This document shows positions 12,786 through 24,428 of a stretch of DNA of 64,000 nucleotides, piece by piece (the first letter of the stretch is position 1; every line of letters begins with the position of its first letter). Under the pieces are notes generated by a model, which worked only from the letters and a program-made list of their open reading frames with translations, was not told the origin of the DNA and did no database searches. Source of the DNA: the human T2T-CHM13v2.0 reference genome, Homo sapiens; contig CP068257.2 of assembly GCA_009914755.4 (NCBI GenBank), positions 31,264,001 to 31,328,000 of the forward strand, given 5' to 3'. A program made the translations under genes and the position numbers.

Positions 12786-14187
12786 CGAGTTAAGAGTGGG
12801 TAGGGTCTAGAGAAACCACAAAGGACAGTGAAGGTTTCTTGGGCTAGTAAGAGCAGGGCTCTGTTACAGTCCCTGGGCCTGAAGTGCAGAGGGAAAGAGC
12901 AGTTACTGGAACATGGAGACAGAGAGAAAGCCACGTGACAAGTCCTGGGTGCTTTGGTCAAGGAATGAAGCCAGCCTTATATCAATTCCTTAGGGAGGGA
13001 GCTGTAATTTCTTTTCCTCCTGCCCTCCAAACTACAATTTTTCCTCGTTGGTAGGGTGACCAATCGTCTCAGATTGCCTGGGATTATCCTGGTTTTAGCA
13101 GTTAAAGTCCTAAATCCTGGAAAATCAATTCGGTGATATGCACAGAAGCTTGGGGGAAATGTGTAAAAACCATATGGTGGCCCAAAAAATAGGGGCTGAA
13201 TGCAATACTGTTTTGGCTGTAAATGGGTACAGTGCAGATGATCCACCTTCCATAACCCCTGTTGCTGTTTCTCCCCTGACTGCTCAGGTTGGGGACCACA
13301 ACTTGTCATTCAGAATAGTGGATCATCCACGGTTGCAACTTTCCCAAGGTTGCAACTAAGTGTGCGTCACAAGTACACTGCAATCACAGGCATTAAGAGT
13401 CTGTCTTTGACTTTACCTGTGAACTAACTGTTGTCCTTTGTATCAAGATAGTACTCATTTAATTTTTAGCAGTTGTAAATATTGTGGCCATATTTTCTAA
13501 GAGTTCGGATAATTAAAAAAGATAGTGATTACAATACCAATGCTGGCGTAAACCAAGGCATCACTGGAAAAGAAGGCTAACCAACTGTGTTATCTTAATG
13601 ACATATGGAAGGACATGTACAACCAGATTAGAGAGGTAAATAATCAAAACAGAGCACGCTGCTCAATATGCAGAAAAGAGTTTTGAGCCAGGCACAGTGG
13701 AGAAGGGGATGTGAAAGTGCATGTGGAGACGACATCTCACAATTCTAAGATGAAACCGATATCCCTAAGTCAATCAAAAAACGTTGTCTACCAAAAAATG
13801 TCCAGTCAAAAATAGCAGCTGCTGCATTAGCTCAGTCATACCACACAAATCACTTTATCAAATCACTCTTTTGATCATTTTATAGGATTCAGTAAGGCTA
13901 TATTTCCTGATTCAGAGGTTACAACTGAAATGTCTTGCAAACAAACAAAAGAGATGAATAAAAACAATAAGAGATGTGTTGGTCCCTTACATGGTAGAAC
14001 TGATCTTTTCCTATCTTCCCCACAATCATGCTTTCTGCAGCTCTGAGTTTATAAGCTCTTATAAACTCAGAATATAAACAGCACTTATCAGAATATAAAC
14101 AGTGTTTCTGCAGCACTCAGTTTATAAACTCAGAAAATGTAAACCAAAAGATTACTGATACCTTATCTGAATAAAAACTAGACATTT

Positions 14188-14283
14188 ACATCTCTAACCC
14201 CAGTGCCTTGGGAGGCTGAGGTGGGAACCTTTCCTGAGGCCAGGAGTTCAAGACAAGCCTGGGCAAAATGGTGAGACCCCCTG
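14188..14283 (+). mobile_element. Alu left-monomer fragment (about 95 bp)
   Basis: CCCCAGTGCCTTGGGAGGCTGAGGTGGGAACCTTTCCTGAGGCCAGGAGTTCAAGACAAGCCTGGGCAAAATGGTGAGACCCC matches Alu positions about 25-115. Confidence 0.75.
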
Positions 14284-14625
14284 TATTAGTCTGTTTTCAT
14301 GCTGCTGATAAAGACATACCTGAGACTGGGCAATTTACAAAAGAAAGAGGTTTAATGAACTTACAACTCCACGTTGCTGGGGAGGCCTCACAATCATGGT
14401 GGAAGGTGAAAGGCATGTCTTACAGGGCAGCAGGCAAGAGAAAAGAGCTTGTGCAGGGAAGCACCCCTTTATAAAACCATCAGATCTCATGAGACTTATT
14501 CACTATCATGAGAACAGCATGGGAAAGACCTGTCCCCATGATTCAATTACCTCCCACCTGGTCCCTCCCACAGCACATGGGAATTCAAGATGAGATTTGA
14601 GTGGGGACACAGCCAAACCATATCA
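14282..14625 (-). mobile_element. THE1-type MaLR solo LTR, antisense
   Basis: Reverse complement of THE1: TGTATTAGTCTGTTTTCATGCTGCTGATAAAGACATACCTGAGACTGGGCAATTTA...GGAGGCCTCACAATCATGGTGGAAGGTGAAAG...GAGATTTGAGTGGGGACACAGCCAAACCATATCA. Confidence 0.85.
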
Positions 14626-15726
14626 CCCCCCATCACTACAAAATATATATATATAAATACATAAAAAGAATAAAAATAAAAACTAGACTTTGTTAATCTA
14701 CCTACAGATATGACTGAGAATGCAAAGGTAAATTTTGGCAAATTATTTTCAGTCTATAAACTTCTTACCAATGAAAATGGAAAACTCTTATCTGCTAATT
14801 GTCATATATTTAGGGGGTGTGATTTGCTTATCTGGGATATTGATGATTTCATAATGAAAGCTTTTGGTCAGCTTTCATTTCTTTCAAAATGTGTAGAAAC
14901 AATGAGACTTTTGACTTTGTAGAAATGGTAGGAGGTAGTCTCCTTAGACGCATGCCTACAAGGTGGCTATTATCATTGCCTGCCATAGAGAAAATATTAA
15001 ATTGTTGGTCTATTGCAAAGTAATATTTTCAAAGTTTGGGATAAGAAGGATGTCCCTGTTTAATTTGGAAATACACTGAGGCTGATAATGGAGACAAGGA
15101 CAGAACTTATGTGCTCTTTCTCCAAAACTGTTTGGTGGTATTTGAAGAGCCCATAAGGAGCATAGAAAAGGATGGGCAGACTGGACTTCAGTTATTTGAT
15201 GTTATGTGGACATTGTGAAAAAACTCACTAAAAAAAGGACTTAGCAGATGAGGACAATAAGGCTTAGATTCATTCTAAAAAGTGATACTTTAAAAAATAA
15301 TAATAAAGCAGGTTTAAAACTATAAAAAACAGAAAATGGCAACAGAGCTTTCTTAATTTCTCTACTAAATTGGTAGTTTATTTGTAATCCAATTTAAGAT
15401 TTTAAAACTTAAAATTATCTCTGTGCTTTAATACCATTTTCTGTGAGAAACAAAGGTTTAACTTATAATGCCATCCAATGTACTTCAGACTAGGTAAAAT
15501 GATGGCCGTTTTGGACATGACTAACTCATATAACTAATTTATTGATACAAAGAATCTCACTGAGAAACACCTGGTTTTTCAAAATAAGTCTTTAGATACA
15601 AAGTGGATGGACAATCTTGGAGAGCTGCAAACTAATTCTTGCTTGTCTAAAAACTTGTTCTTGCTAGCGGATTACATGGCAAAATTTTAAAAGGGTTTCA
15701 CAGAATGTATGTGTTTACTATACATT

Positions 15727-16213
15727 ATTATTACCCTTTCTCCAGAGAAACAGAAGCAATAAAAAAGCTATCATCTTATTGTCTATCTATCATCTATCTA
15801 TCTATCTATCTATCTATCCATCCATCCACTGAGAAATTTATTTGAAGGAATTAGTCCACACAATTGGGGCTGCAAGGCTGAGATCTGCAGGGCAGGTGTC
15901 AGGCTGGAGACTCAGGGAAGAGTAGATGTTGCAAACCTGAGTCCAAAATCCACTGGAAACTCAGGCAGGGTTTCTATATTGCAGTCTGGAAACAGAGCTC
16001 CTTCTTCCCTGGGAAACCTCAGTCTTTGCTCTGAAGGCCTTTGACTGTTTGGAAGAGGCTCATTCACATTAAGGAAGGTCATCCGCTTTACTCAAAGTCT
16101 GCTGATTTATGTGTTAATCATATCTAAAACATACCCTCACAGCAACATCTAGAGTAGTGTTTGACCAGACAACTGGGCACCGTAGCCTGGATGACACATA
16201 TAATTAACCATTA
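15727..16213 (+). mobile_element. Solo LTR of the TGTATTAGTCAGGG...ACCATTAA family, carrying a (TATC)n expansion
   Basis: TTATTACCCTTTCTCCAGAGAAACAGAAGCAAT at the start; ...GGAATTAGTCCACACAATTGGGGCTGCAAGGCTGAGATCTGCAGGGCAGG... in the body; ends ATAATTAACCATTAA. Confidence 0.6.
15777..15828. repeat. (TATC)n / (GATA)n tetranucleotide microsatellite, about 11-12 units
   Basis: TCTATCTATCATCTATCTATCTATCTATCTATCTATCCATCCATCC read directly. Confidence 0.9.
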
Positions 16214-16333
16214 ATTCCTGTAGGGGCGCCACATTAAAATGCTTTTTTTGAGAACATTGTTAGCTCAATGTCATCACCTTGGGCTGACACCAGGGCTCAG
16301 TGTAATATGGGCTTGATAAGAGGACAGCTGTGG

Positions 16334-16632
16334 CCGGGTGCGGTGGCTCACGCCTGTAATCCCAGCACTTTGGGAGGCTGAGGCAGGCAGATCACTTAAG
16401 GTCAGTAGTTTGAGACGAGCCTGGCCAACATGATGAAACCCCGACTCTACTAAAAGTACAAAAATTACCTAAGCGTGGTGGCAGACACCTGTAATTCCAG
16501 CTACTCAGGAGGCTGAGGCGGGAGAATTGCTTGAACCCAGGAAGCAGAAGTTGCAGTGGGCCAAGATCACGTCACTGCACTCCAGCCTGGGTGACAGAGC
16601 AAAACTCCATCTCAGAAAAAAAAAGAAGACAG
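16334..16632 (+). mobile_element. Alu SINE (AluS/Y-like), full length with A-tail
   Basis: GGCCGGGTGCGGTGGCTCACGCCTGTAATCCCAGCACTTTGGGAGGCTGAGGCAGGCAGATCAC ... GCACTCCAGCCTGGGTGACAGAGCAAAACTCCATCTCAGAAAAAAAAAG. TSD of the AAGA[G/A]GACAGCT type. Confidence 0.9.
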
Positions 16633-17224
16633 CTTTAAGACGAAGTGAATTTTACATTTGACTATGTTGAGTTTTTCTACTACATGCAAGAGAAATAAGG
16701 ATGTACTAAAGGCTCTTGAAAGTTCAGAGAAGTATTAGCAGAAAAGGAAACAGAAGGAGCAAAAATATCCTACTGTATCATTGAATAGAAAAAAACATAT
16801 TATTGCTATTTTTTATTAAATCTAGATAATATCTACTTAATTAGTCCTATTGTATTTATGTTTTCTTTTAAAGGGCTTACATTTATGTATCTTAGAGATA
16901 TACAACAATGTAGCATACAAAATTTAAGAATCCAATAAACAGTTAAAATAAATTTCTGGTATCAGAGGACAGAAAGAAACATAAAAATATTGTTTTCTCA
17001 TATATTATTTGTTAATTAATCCTGCTATGAATTACTCTTAATTGCCACTATTACCTAGTACTACTATTATTTTGTTTAAATAATAGCATTTATATAACAG
17101 AAAATATTGAGTAACATATATAAATTTTAAACAAATACCTATTTTTCATATCTTCATGTTAAAGTAATAACACGTGTATATAAGTACTTATCATATATTA
17201 TGTTACTGCGGGGGGTGGTGGTTG

Positions 17225-17784
<560 letters not shown>

Positions 17785-18189
17785 TAGTCTTATATGGCCC
17801 TGTCCCAGGTTGATTCTCTAAATCATTGGTCATTCTGCCATTGGTCAGACATAGCCAGGAGCCAGAGAGTAGGGAACCTGTTGCTATAACCCATGCAGAT
17901 AAAGGACACAGAACAGAGCAGAGGTAAGTGAAGAATGGGTTTGGAGAAGCAAATGGCAGCCCTCTGAGTTGCTGGCTTGTTGTTGGTATTAATATGATCT
18001 CGGTGGTCCAAGACCACCAACAGCACGGCAACACTGACAGTTCAGCAGGGAAATGGAGAGTGCCGATTTCCACAGAGGTACCAGGGTTTCCCAGGGCTGC
18101 TTCCTAATCTCCTTTCAAGAAATGGTAGCACTTCTTATATCCCAGAGAGTGTCAAGTGAGTGCGACTTTTTGTCCCTGTGTCTATGGCC

Positions 18190-18350
18190 AAAAGCATGCA
18201 GTCATCTTGTGCTTCAGTTTTCTCTTCATCCTATGGCTCAGTTTTCTCTTCATCTGTAAAATGAAAAAAAAAAAAATACAGATTTGTTGAGGGATTAGGG
18301 ATAAAAGATATGAAGGTACTTTGAAAAATGTAAGAAGTGAATGATTTACT
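18190..18350 (+). mobile_element. MIR SINE fragment with an internal duplication and an A-run
   Basis: CTTCAGTTTTCTCTTCATCTGTAAAATG matches the MIR core GCCTCAGTTTCCTCATCTGTAAAATGGG. The segment CAGTTTTCTCTTCATC is duplicated. Confidence 0.5.
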
Positions 18351-18454
18351 GGCATTTCTCTCTTCTGCCATTCAGGCCACTGGAGCACTTTTCAAAAAAT
18401 AATGCTATTCTAAAGTTGGATATTTGGTTCTAACCAGGAAGTAATAACTATCAT

Positions 18455-18745
18455 AATAATGGAAGACATTTATTGAGGGCTGACTGTGTGCCCTCACAGT
18501 CAATTCTCACAGAGAATCTGTGGGACATGTTTTCCCATGGCTTATCTTCTTTAATCCTCAGAACAACTGCAGGAAGTTATGCTATTGATGTATGTTGCAG
18601 ATGAGGAAAATAAGGCTTAAAGCATTAAATAACTTGGCCCAAGTTTCCATAACAAATAAGTAATAGATCTGGGACTTGAACCCAGGCAGTCTTTAGACCA
18701 CTAAGCACTCTGACTTCCTAATCATAGCACTTTGTAAAGCCAAGG
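18455..18745 (-). mobile_element. MIR SINE, antisense
   Basis: ATTTATTGAGGGCTGACTGTGTGCCC...CAGATGAGGAAAATAAGGCTTAAAGCATTAAATAACTTGGCCCAAG...GGGACTTGAACCCAGGCAGTCT matches the MIR reverse complement (CTCAATAAATG ... CAGATGAGGAAACTGAGGC ... GGGATTCGAACCCAGGCAGTCTG). Confidence 0.65.
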
Positions 18746-19369
18746 TAACAACTAGGCGACTATTTCCTGTAGGGAGATTGTTTTGATAAAATATTGCAGA
18801 ATGGTCATGAGAAATATACACAACGGGGAAAGTTAAACCCCATCAAGATTTATGCTTTGAGCCCCCCATCTGTATCAATGCAGAGTAATGGTAGAGTTTT
18901 TAAAAATGACCATGCTGAAAAAAAAGATAACATCTCTGTGGGCTAGAAACTCAAAACGGAAATCAGCTACTGAAGCTAGCAGCCTACTGGGTTGTGAATC
19001 TGCAAGCAGTCAAAGGAAGCAGAGAGTTCATTTTCTGCAGTGATTGGAAGGCAGAAGAACAGAGCCAGGGTGGAATGTGGCTCCCTCTTATAAGAGAATA
19101 TAAAATGCTTACATCAACCCCTGCATAACTGAAAATACAAGATGAGAGAAGGCAAATACAGCCTTGTATCCAGCATCTGGCCATTTTACTAAGTGGCTCA
19201 GTGACTAGAACTAAAATATCCCCAGTTATCTCTGTAAGATGAGCACTCTGAAAGCCCACTGTAAGATGTGATTCTGAACCAGAGACTCTAAGAGGGCACA
19301 TAGACACAAGAAACCACTAGAAAAGGAATGGTGAGTACAGGGCCACTGCAACAAAATGAAATAAAACAA

Positions 19370-19930
19370 AAATAAACTAATTAAAAAAAATTAAAAGTCA
19401 AGAGATGAAATCACTTAAGAGAAAATGAAATCAATGATGTAATCTGAAAATGATTTAAAAAGTCACTATGCTGAATATCTTCTAAGAGTTAAAGGAAAGA
19501 TGAACAGGATGTTTTTTTAAAAAAAGGACAAGAAATTAAGAACTTGAACCAGGCAGAAATGAAAAAAAGACAGATAGATATGAAAAAGAATCATTTAGAA
19601 ATCTTGGATTAAAAGGAGAAAGCAGCTAATTACTGAAATTTACAAAGCCCAATAGATGGGATAAACTTTAGATTGGATAGCTAAAGAGAAAATTGACAAA
19701 CTGGAAGATGATTATGGAGGAACTCATCTAGAATGTAGCACAGAGTGATAAATTATCCAAAAGGCCAACAATGAAAGAATATGTTTGACATCATTAGTCT
19801 CAGATTACATTTTTAAGAAACATACATATTGGTTGCATACATATTGGTTACAAGTCAGTCCTAAAGCAAAATGAAACAGAAATGCTGAAAATGTGGGGAT
19901 ATAAGAAGCTGCCATGTGTAAAAGCTGAAC
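19370..19930 (+). mobile_element. Probable ancient L1 (L1M-like) ORF1-region fragment
   Basis: A-rich coding-like sequence whose segment order resembles L1 ORF1. Assignment is by pattern only, so confidence is low. Confidence 0.3.
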
Positions 19931-19935
19931 AAATG

Positions 19936-20412
19936 CTGTATTAGTCAGGGTTCTCCAGATAAACAGAACTAATACAATGTATACAGAGATAGACAGAGAT
20001 TTCGTATAAGGAATTGGTTCACATGATTATGGAAGCCAAGTTCAAAAATCCGCAGGGTGAGTTGGCAAGCTGGAGACCCAGTGGAGCCCCAGCAGCCTCC
20101 AGACCCAGGAAGAGCTGATGTTTCAGTTTGCATCTGAAGAGAGGAAAAAGTTGATGTCCTAGTTTGCAGGCAGTCAGGCAGGAGGAATTGTCTCTTACTT
20201 GGGGGAGGGTTGGCTTTTTTGTTCTATTCAGGCCTCCAGTTGATTAGATGAAGCCAACCCACATGAGAAAGGATAATCTGCTCTGCTGGGTCTCCTGATT
20301 TAAAAATGAATACCATTCAAAAACACCCGCACATAAAAAACCATAATAATGTTAATCAAATATCTGGGCATCCTGTGGCCCAGTCAAGTTGACACACAAA
20401 GTTAACCATCAC
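19936..20412 (+). mobile_element. Solo LTR, TGTATTAGTCAGGGTTCTCCAGA...AACCATCACA family
   Basis: Starts TGTATTAGTCAGGGTTCTCCAGATAAACAGAACTAATACAATGTATACAGAGATAGACAGAGATTTCGTATAAGGAATTGGTTCACATGATTATGGAAGCCA and ends GTTGACACACAAAGTTAACCATCACA. Confidence 0.6.
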
Positions 20413-20529
20413 AATTGGCCTTGGGGAACTTAACAGGCACAGCACCCTGGTCAGCCAGGGAAATAGAGGGAGGAAGTGCTTGCTCCTTCTTGGCAAGAAA
20501 AGAGAATAGATCCTAAGCATGGAGGTCTC

Positions 20530-20800
20530 TAGGTGCAGATGGCTGGAGTTCTGGGTGCTGTGTTAGAAAACACTTGTGCTTTGAAGCCAGAGATGCCTGA
20601 GTGAGACTCTCTCCTATCAGCCGTTTGTCTTTGGATGTGTTACTTAATTCCTGAGTTTCAGTTTCCTCATCTTTTAAAAGAGACTAATAATAGTACCTAT
20701 CTCAAAGGGATATTGAGAGGATTTTAAAAGATGATATATAAAATCCTTAGCAAACATCTGACATATGTTAGATCTCTGATGGTCAGCACTGGAATGTGGA
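20530..20800 (+). mobile_element. MIR SINE
   Basis: GCCAGAGATGCCTGAGTGAGACTCTC...TGTGTTACTTAATTCCTGAGTTTCAGTTTCCTCATCTTTTAAAAGAGACTAATAATAGTACCTATCTCAAAGGGATATTGAGAGGATTTTAAAAG follows the MIR consensus. Confidence 0.65.
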
Positions 20801-20990
20801 CAGCTGAGCCACCACTGGTGACACCATGACTGGGGAGGACTGTGAAGAGGAATGAGCCAGGACATAAGAGCCAACAGACAGCAGGTCTAAGTCCTGCTCT
20901 GCCTCCTACTAGCTGTGAAGCTTCCATTCCTCTTTCACAGGGTGTTTGCCTCTCATCTACAAACTGAGGGTGGTACACCTACCTCCAGAC

Positions 20991-21215
20991 CCGTGTTTCT
21001 GAACTGAGGGACACTCCCCCTGCTGGATGTCCAGTGACATTCGGCTATGTCTGGAGACATTTTTGGTTATCACAGCTGGGTTGGGGGTGTGAATGGCACC
21101 TAGTAGGTAGAGGCTAGGGATGCAGCTCAGCATCCCACATTACCCAAGACAGTCCCTTACAACAAAGAATTATTCAGGCCAATGTGTCAGTTGTGCTGAA
21201 ATTGAGAAACCCTGG
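20991..21215 (+). mobile_element. MER5-type hAT-Charlie non-autonomous DNA transposon
   Basis: GACATTCGGCTATGTCTGGAGACATTTTTGGTTATCACAGCTGGG...GGTAGAGGCTAGGGATGCAGCTCAGCATCCCACATTACCCAAGACAGTCCCTTACAACAAAGAATTATTCAGGCCAATGTGTCAGTTGTGCTGAAATTGAGAAACCCTG matches MER5A. Confidence 0.6.
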
Positions 21216-21260
21216 GGTGAAAAACTTAAATGAGATCATGTTTATAAAAGGCTCGGCTTA

Positions 21261-21488
<228 letters not shown>

Positions 21489-22282
21489 AGGGGGGAAAGA
21501 AAGAGGGATTAGATAGACAGTAGGTAGGTTCCTGCTCTTCTTCCCCATGCTTTCTTCCTGCCATGGCTGGGGACTAGCGAGGAGAAGGAAGTGTGACTGT
21601 CCCACTGCAGCATTCCCCCTGCTCAGAGCCCAGGAGGAAGGGAACTCACTTGCAGCTTTGCATAAAGAGAGTCTGCCAGCTGCAAGCCAAGTTCTGGAAC
21701 ACAGCTTCCGGGCAGCGGCCTCTGGAATGCTTTCTGGCTCTCTCTGCAGACTCAGCCTCCTGCAGCTCCTTGGCTAACCTGGCAGGAACCTCAGCCCAGG
21801 CCAAGGAGGCTGCAGCCAACCCGAGCCCCCTGATGGGCTTCCACCCCGACCTCCACAGCTGCTGGTGAGATTTGGCTCAGCCCTTAGTCATGACCCTTCC
21901 ATAGACTGACTTCTTTAAAATTCACGAAGCCTTTTCTTTACAATTATGATTATGCCTGTCCTGTGTGCAGGCACCGAAGGAGGAGGAGATACTAGGAATG
22001 AAAGGTTAAGGGACAGAAAAGGAACATCCAGTCCTCCTGTAAAAGCTATCTCTCTGTGTTGTCCTTGGACTTGAGTCTTCCTGTGGCCTGTGACTAATGC
22101 TCACATCCCTGAAATTTCCCAGGACAGAAAAGACCCAATCACACAACCCCAGAAGAAAAACACCAACAAAACCAATTTTCTCTACAAACGTGCATGTGAT
22201 AGCTCCGACCAGTTCTCTAAGCCATTCCCATCAGCCCAGGGTTCACAATCCAGCCCTCGGCTGGATTTCAAAGGTGGGAACA

Positions 22283-22600
22283 GGCTGGGTTCATGTCTGT
22301 AATCCCAACACTTTGGGAAGCCAAGGTGGAAGGATCACTTGAGGCCAGGAGTTCCAGACCAGCTTGGGCAACATAGCGAGACCCTGTTTCTAAAACAAAA
22401 ACAAACCCAAAAAACAAAAAACAAAAATTAGGCAAGCTTGGTGTTACACGTCTATAGTCTCAACTACTTGCTTGAGGATGGGAGGATCACTGGAGCCCAG
22501 GAGTTGAAGGCTGCTGTGAGCTATGATGGTGCCACTCCAGCCTAGAGCCTAGGTGACAGAGAAAGACCCTGTCAAAAAAAAAAAGGGGGGGGGGTGGGGG
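22283..22600 (+). mobile_element. Alu SINE (AluJ-like, diverged), full length
   Basis: GGCTGGGTTCATGTCTGTAATCCCAACACTTTGGGAAGCCAAGGTGGAAGGATCACTTGAGGCCAGGAGTTCCAGACCAGC ... CAGCCTAGAGCCTAGGTGACAGAGAAAGACCCTGTCAAAAAAAAAAAG plus a G-run. Confidence 0.9.
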
Positions 22601-23341
22601 GAGCAGACAGACCACACTCAATTCATCAAAAGGAGAATTGCTACTTTTCATTTGTTTAGCTACAGTAGAAAAAGTCTAATCACATAACTTTCCCTGGGGC
22701 TGCGGAAGATTTCTCCTTTGAGGCAGTTCCTCACAGTAACACTGTAATCGAAACAAAGCCTGCTCTTCTCATGCGGAGCATATTTTCTCCTGGAGAACCA
22801 CAACTGGGTTTGCAAGGGTAGAGCCAGGCTCCTTCCCATAACATGCTTGCCTTGCCTGCCTGGGGTTGAACTTTTTTTTTTTTTCCACAAGAGAGCCATA
22901 AACACATAGATACCAAAGAGTTAATTTGCGTTTTTTAAACCTTCTTCCCAAAGCCTGCTCTCATTCCTGCATAAAATCCCCATGTCCAGACATCAAATCA
23001 GTAAGCCCTGTTGCCTGTCAGAGAATACAATGTCAGGCCATTAGTATGTTAATAAGTCCGGAGGGCGACAGGTGGCCTACTAGACAGCTCAATTAAGCTG
23101 CTCATTAAACACACGCTAACGAACAGCCGAGGCAGGGCCTGAACAGCACCATTCTGTAATGACATGATGTCAGAGTGAACAAATGAGGAAAAATAACAAA
23201 AACATTACAGCAGGGACAGACGCCACTAATAAGGACCCCTCGCACTACATCAGCCCGCAAATCAATGAGTCACCGGGATCAAAAAACTCGACCCAACATT
23301 CTCAGGAGACTGAGTGCAGCAAGATTTTTTTGGTCACTACT

Positions 23342-23362
23342 AAAAAAAAAAAAAAAAAAAAA
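23342..23362. repeat. (A)21 homopolymer
   Basis: Read directly. Confidence 0.95.
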
Positions 23363-24127
23363 AGCCCAAACCCAACCCTAAAATTATTGCAAAATATCGC
23401 AAATTAACTGCTTTAAAAAAATGAAAAAGAGCAAAGTTTATTTGACACGGAACTAATCACGAAGTCTGAGAAATCTGTATTGCTGGGTTTAAATGAAAAT
23501 CATTATTTAATGGGATCATCATTTACATTTGATTGGCATCCTCTTTTTATAAGCCCACAGGTTTGAACCATTTCTCTGCTCTGGTACCCAGGCAGTAGAA
23601 GGGCACAGTGGAACGGAAGGAGCGTGTAGCCAAATTTCTTAGGTGAAGATTCTGCTTGTCATTATTTTAAGAGAAGGGACTTCCAGCAGCTGCTAGAGGT
23701 TTCTCTCATTTTCAAGTAAGGCGCTTCCTGAATAATAAAAAATCAAACCTCCGCCAGGCATGGCTCTGACATTGGAGACATATATTGCTAAACTAATAGG
23801 CTGGCTGGCCATTAGGAGATCACGACCTCGGCTCTTATCTTTTGTCAAGTTAACAGCTGACACCTCCTCTGCATGTAGACCTTCTTCTAGGCCTAAGGTA
23901 GATGCTGCTCCTCTAGCTAAGCTGGTGAGCTGAAGGCAGGCAGGAAACCAGTGCAGTTGGGCTTAAGGAGCTGATGCAGAGTCCCTCGGAAGCATGGTTC
24001 TTTCCATATTGGTTGAACTTTCTCTGCACAAATCTATGGTCCAAATCTATGAGTGAGGCAGATAAGGCTCTCACCTGAGTGACCCTGAGCAGGTCCCCTT
24101 AATCCCTGGCTCTGTTTCCTTATTCAT

Positions 24128-24428
24128 ATTTATTTTATTTTTAGAGACAGAGTCTCTCTCTGTTGCCCAGGCAGGAGTGCTGTGGCGTGATCATGGCTCA
24201 CTGTAACTTCAAACTCCTGGGCTCATGTGATCCTTTGGCCTCAGCCACTGGTGTAGCTGGGACCACAGGCATGTGCTGCCATGGCTGGTTAATTTTCAGA
24301 ATTTTTTTTGTAGAGATGGGGTCTCGCTATGTTGCCCAGGCTGGTCTTGAACTTTTGGGCTCATGTGATCCTCCTGCCTCTGCCTCCCACAGTGTTGGGA
24401 TTACAGGCGTGAGCCACTGCACTCAGCT
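24128..24428 (-). mobile_element. Alu SINE (AluJ-like), antisense
   Basis: TTTAGAGACAGAGTCTCTCTCTGTTGCCCAGGCAGGAGTGCTGTGGCGTGATCATGGCTCACTGTAACTTCAAACTCCTGGGCTCATGTGATCC ... GGGATTACAGGCGTGAGCCACTGCACTCAGC. Confidence 0.9.

Noticed and set aside
15777-15828. Regularly spaced short repeats that could superficially suggest a CRISPR-like array; the same applies to the tracts at 47367 and 48753
   Set aside because: These are pure 4-5 bp microsatellites with no spacers, in primate DNA full of Alu and L1. No CRISPR or other prokaryotic system is present in this window.
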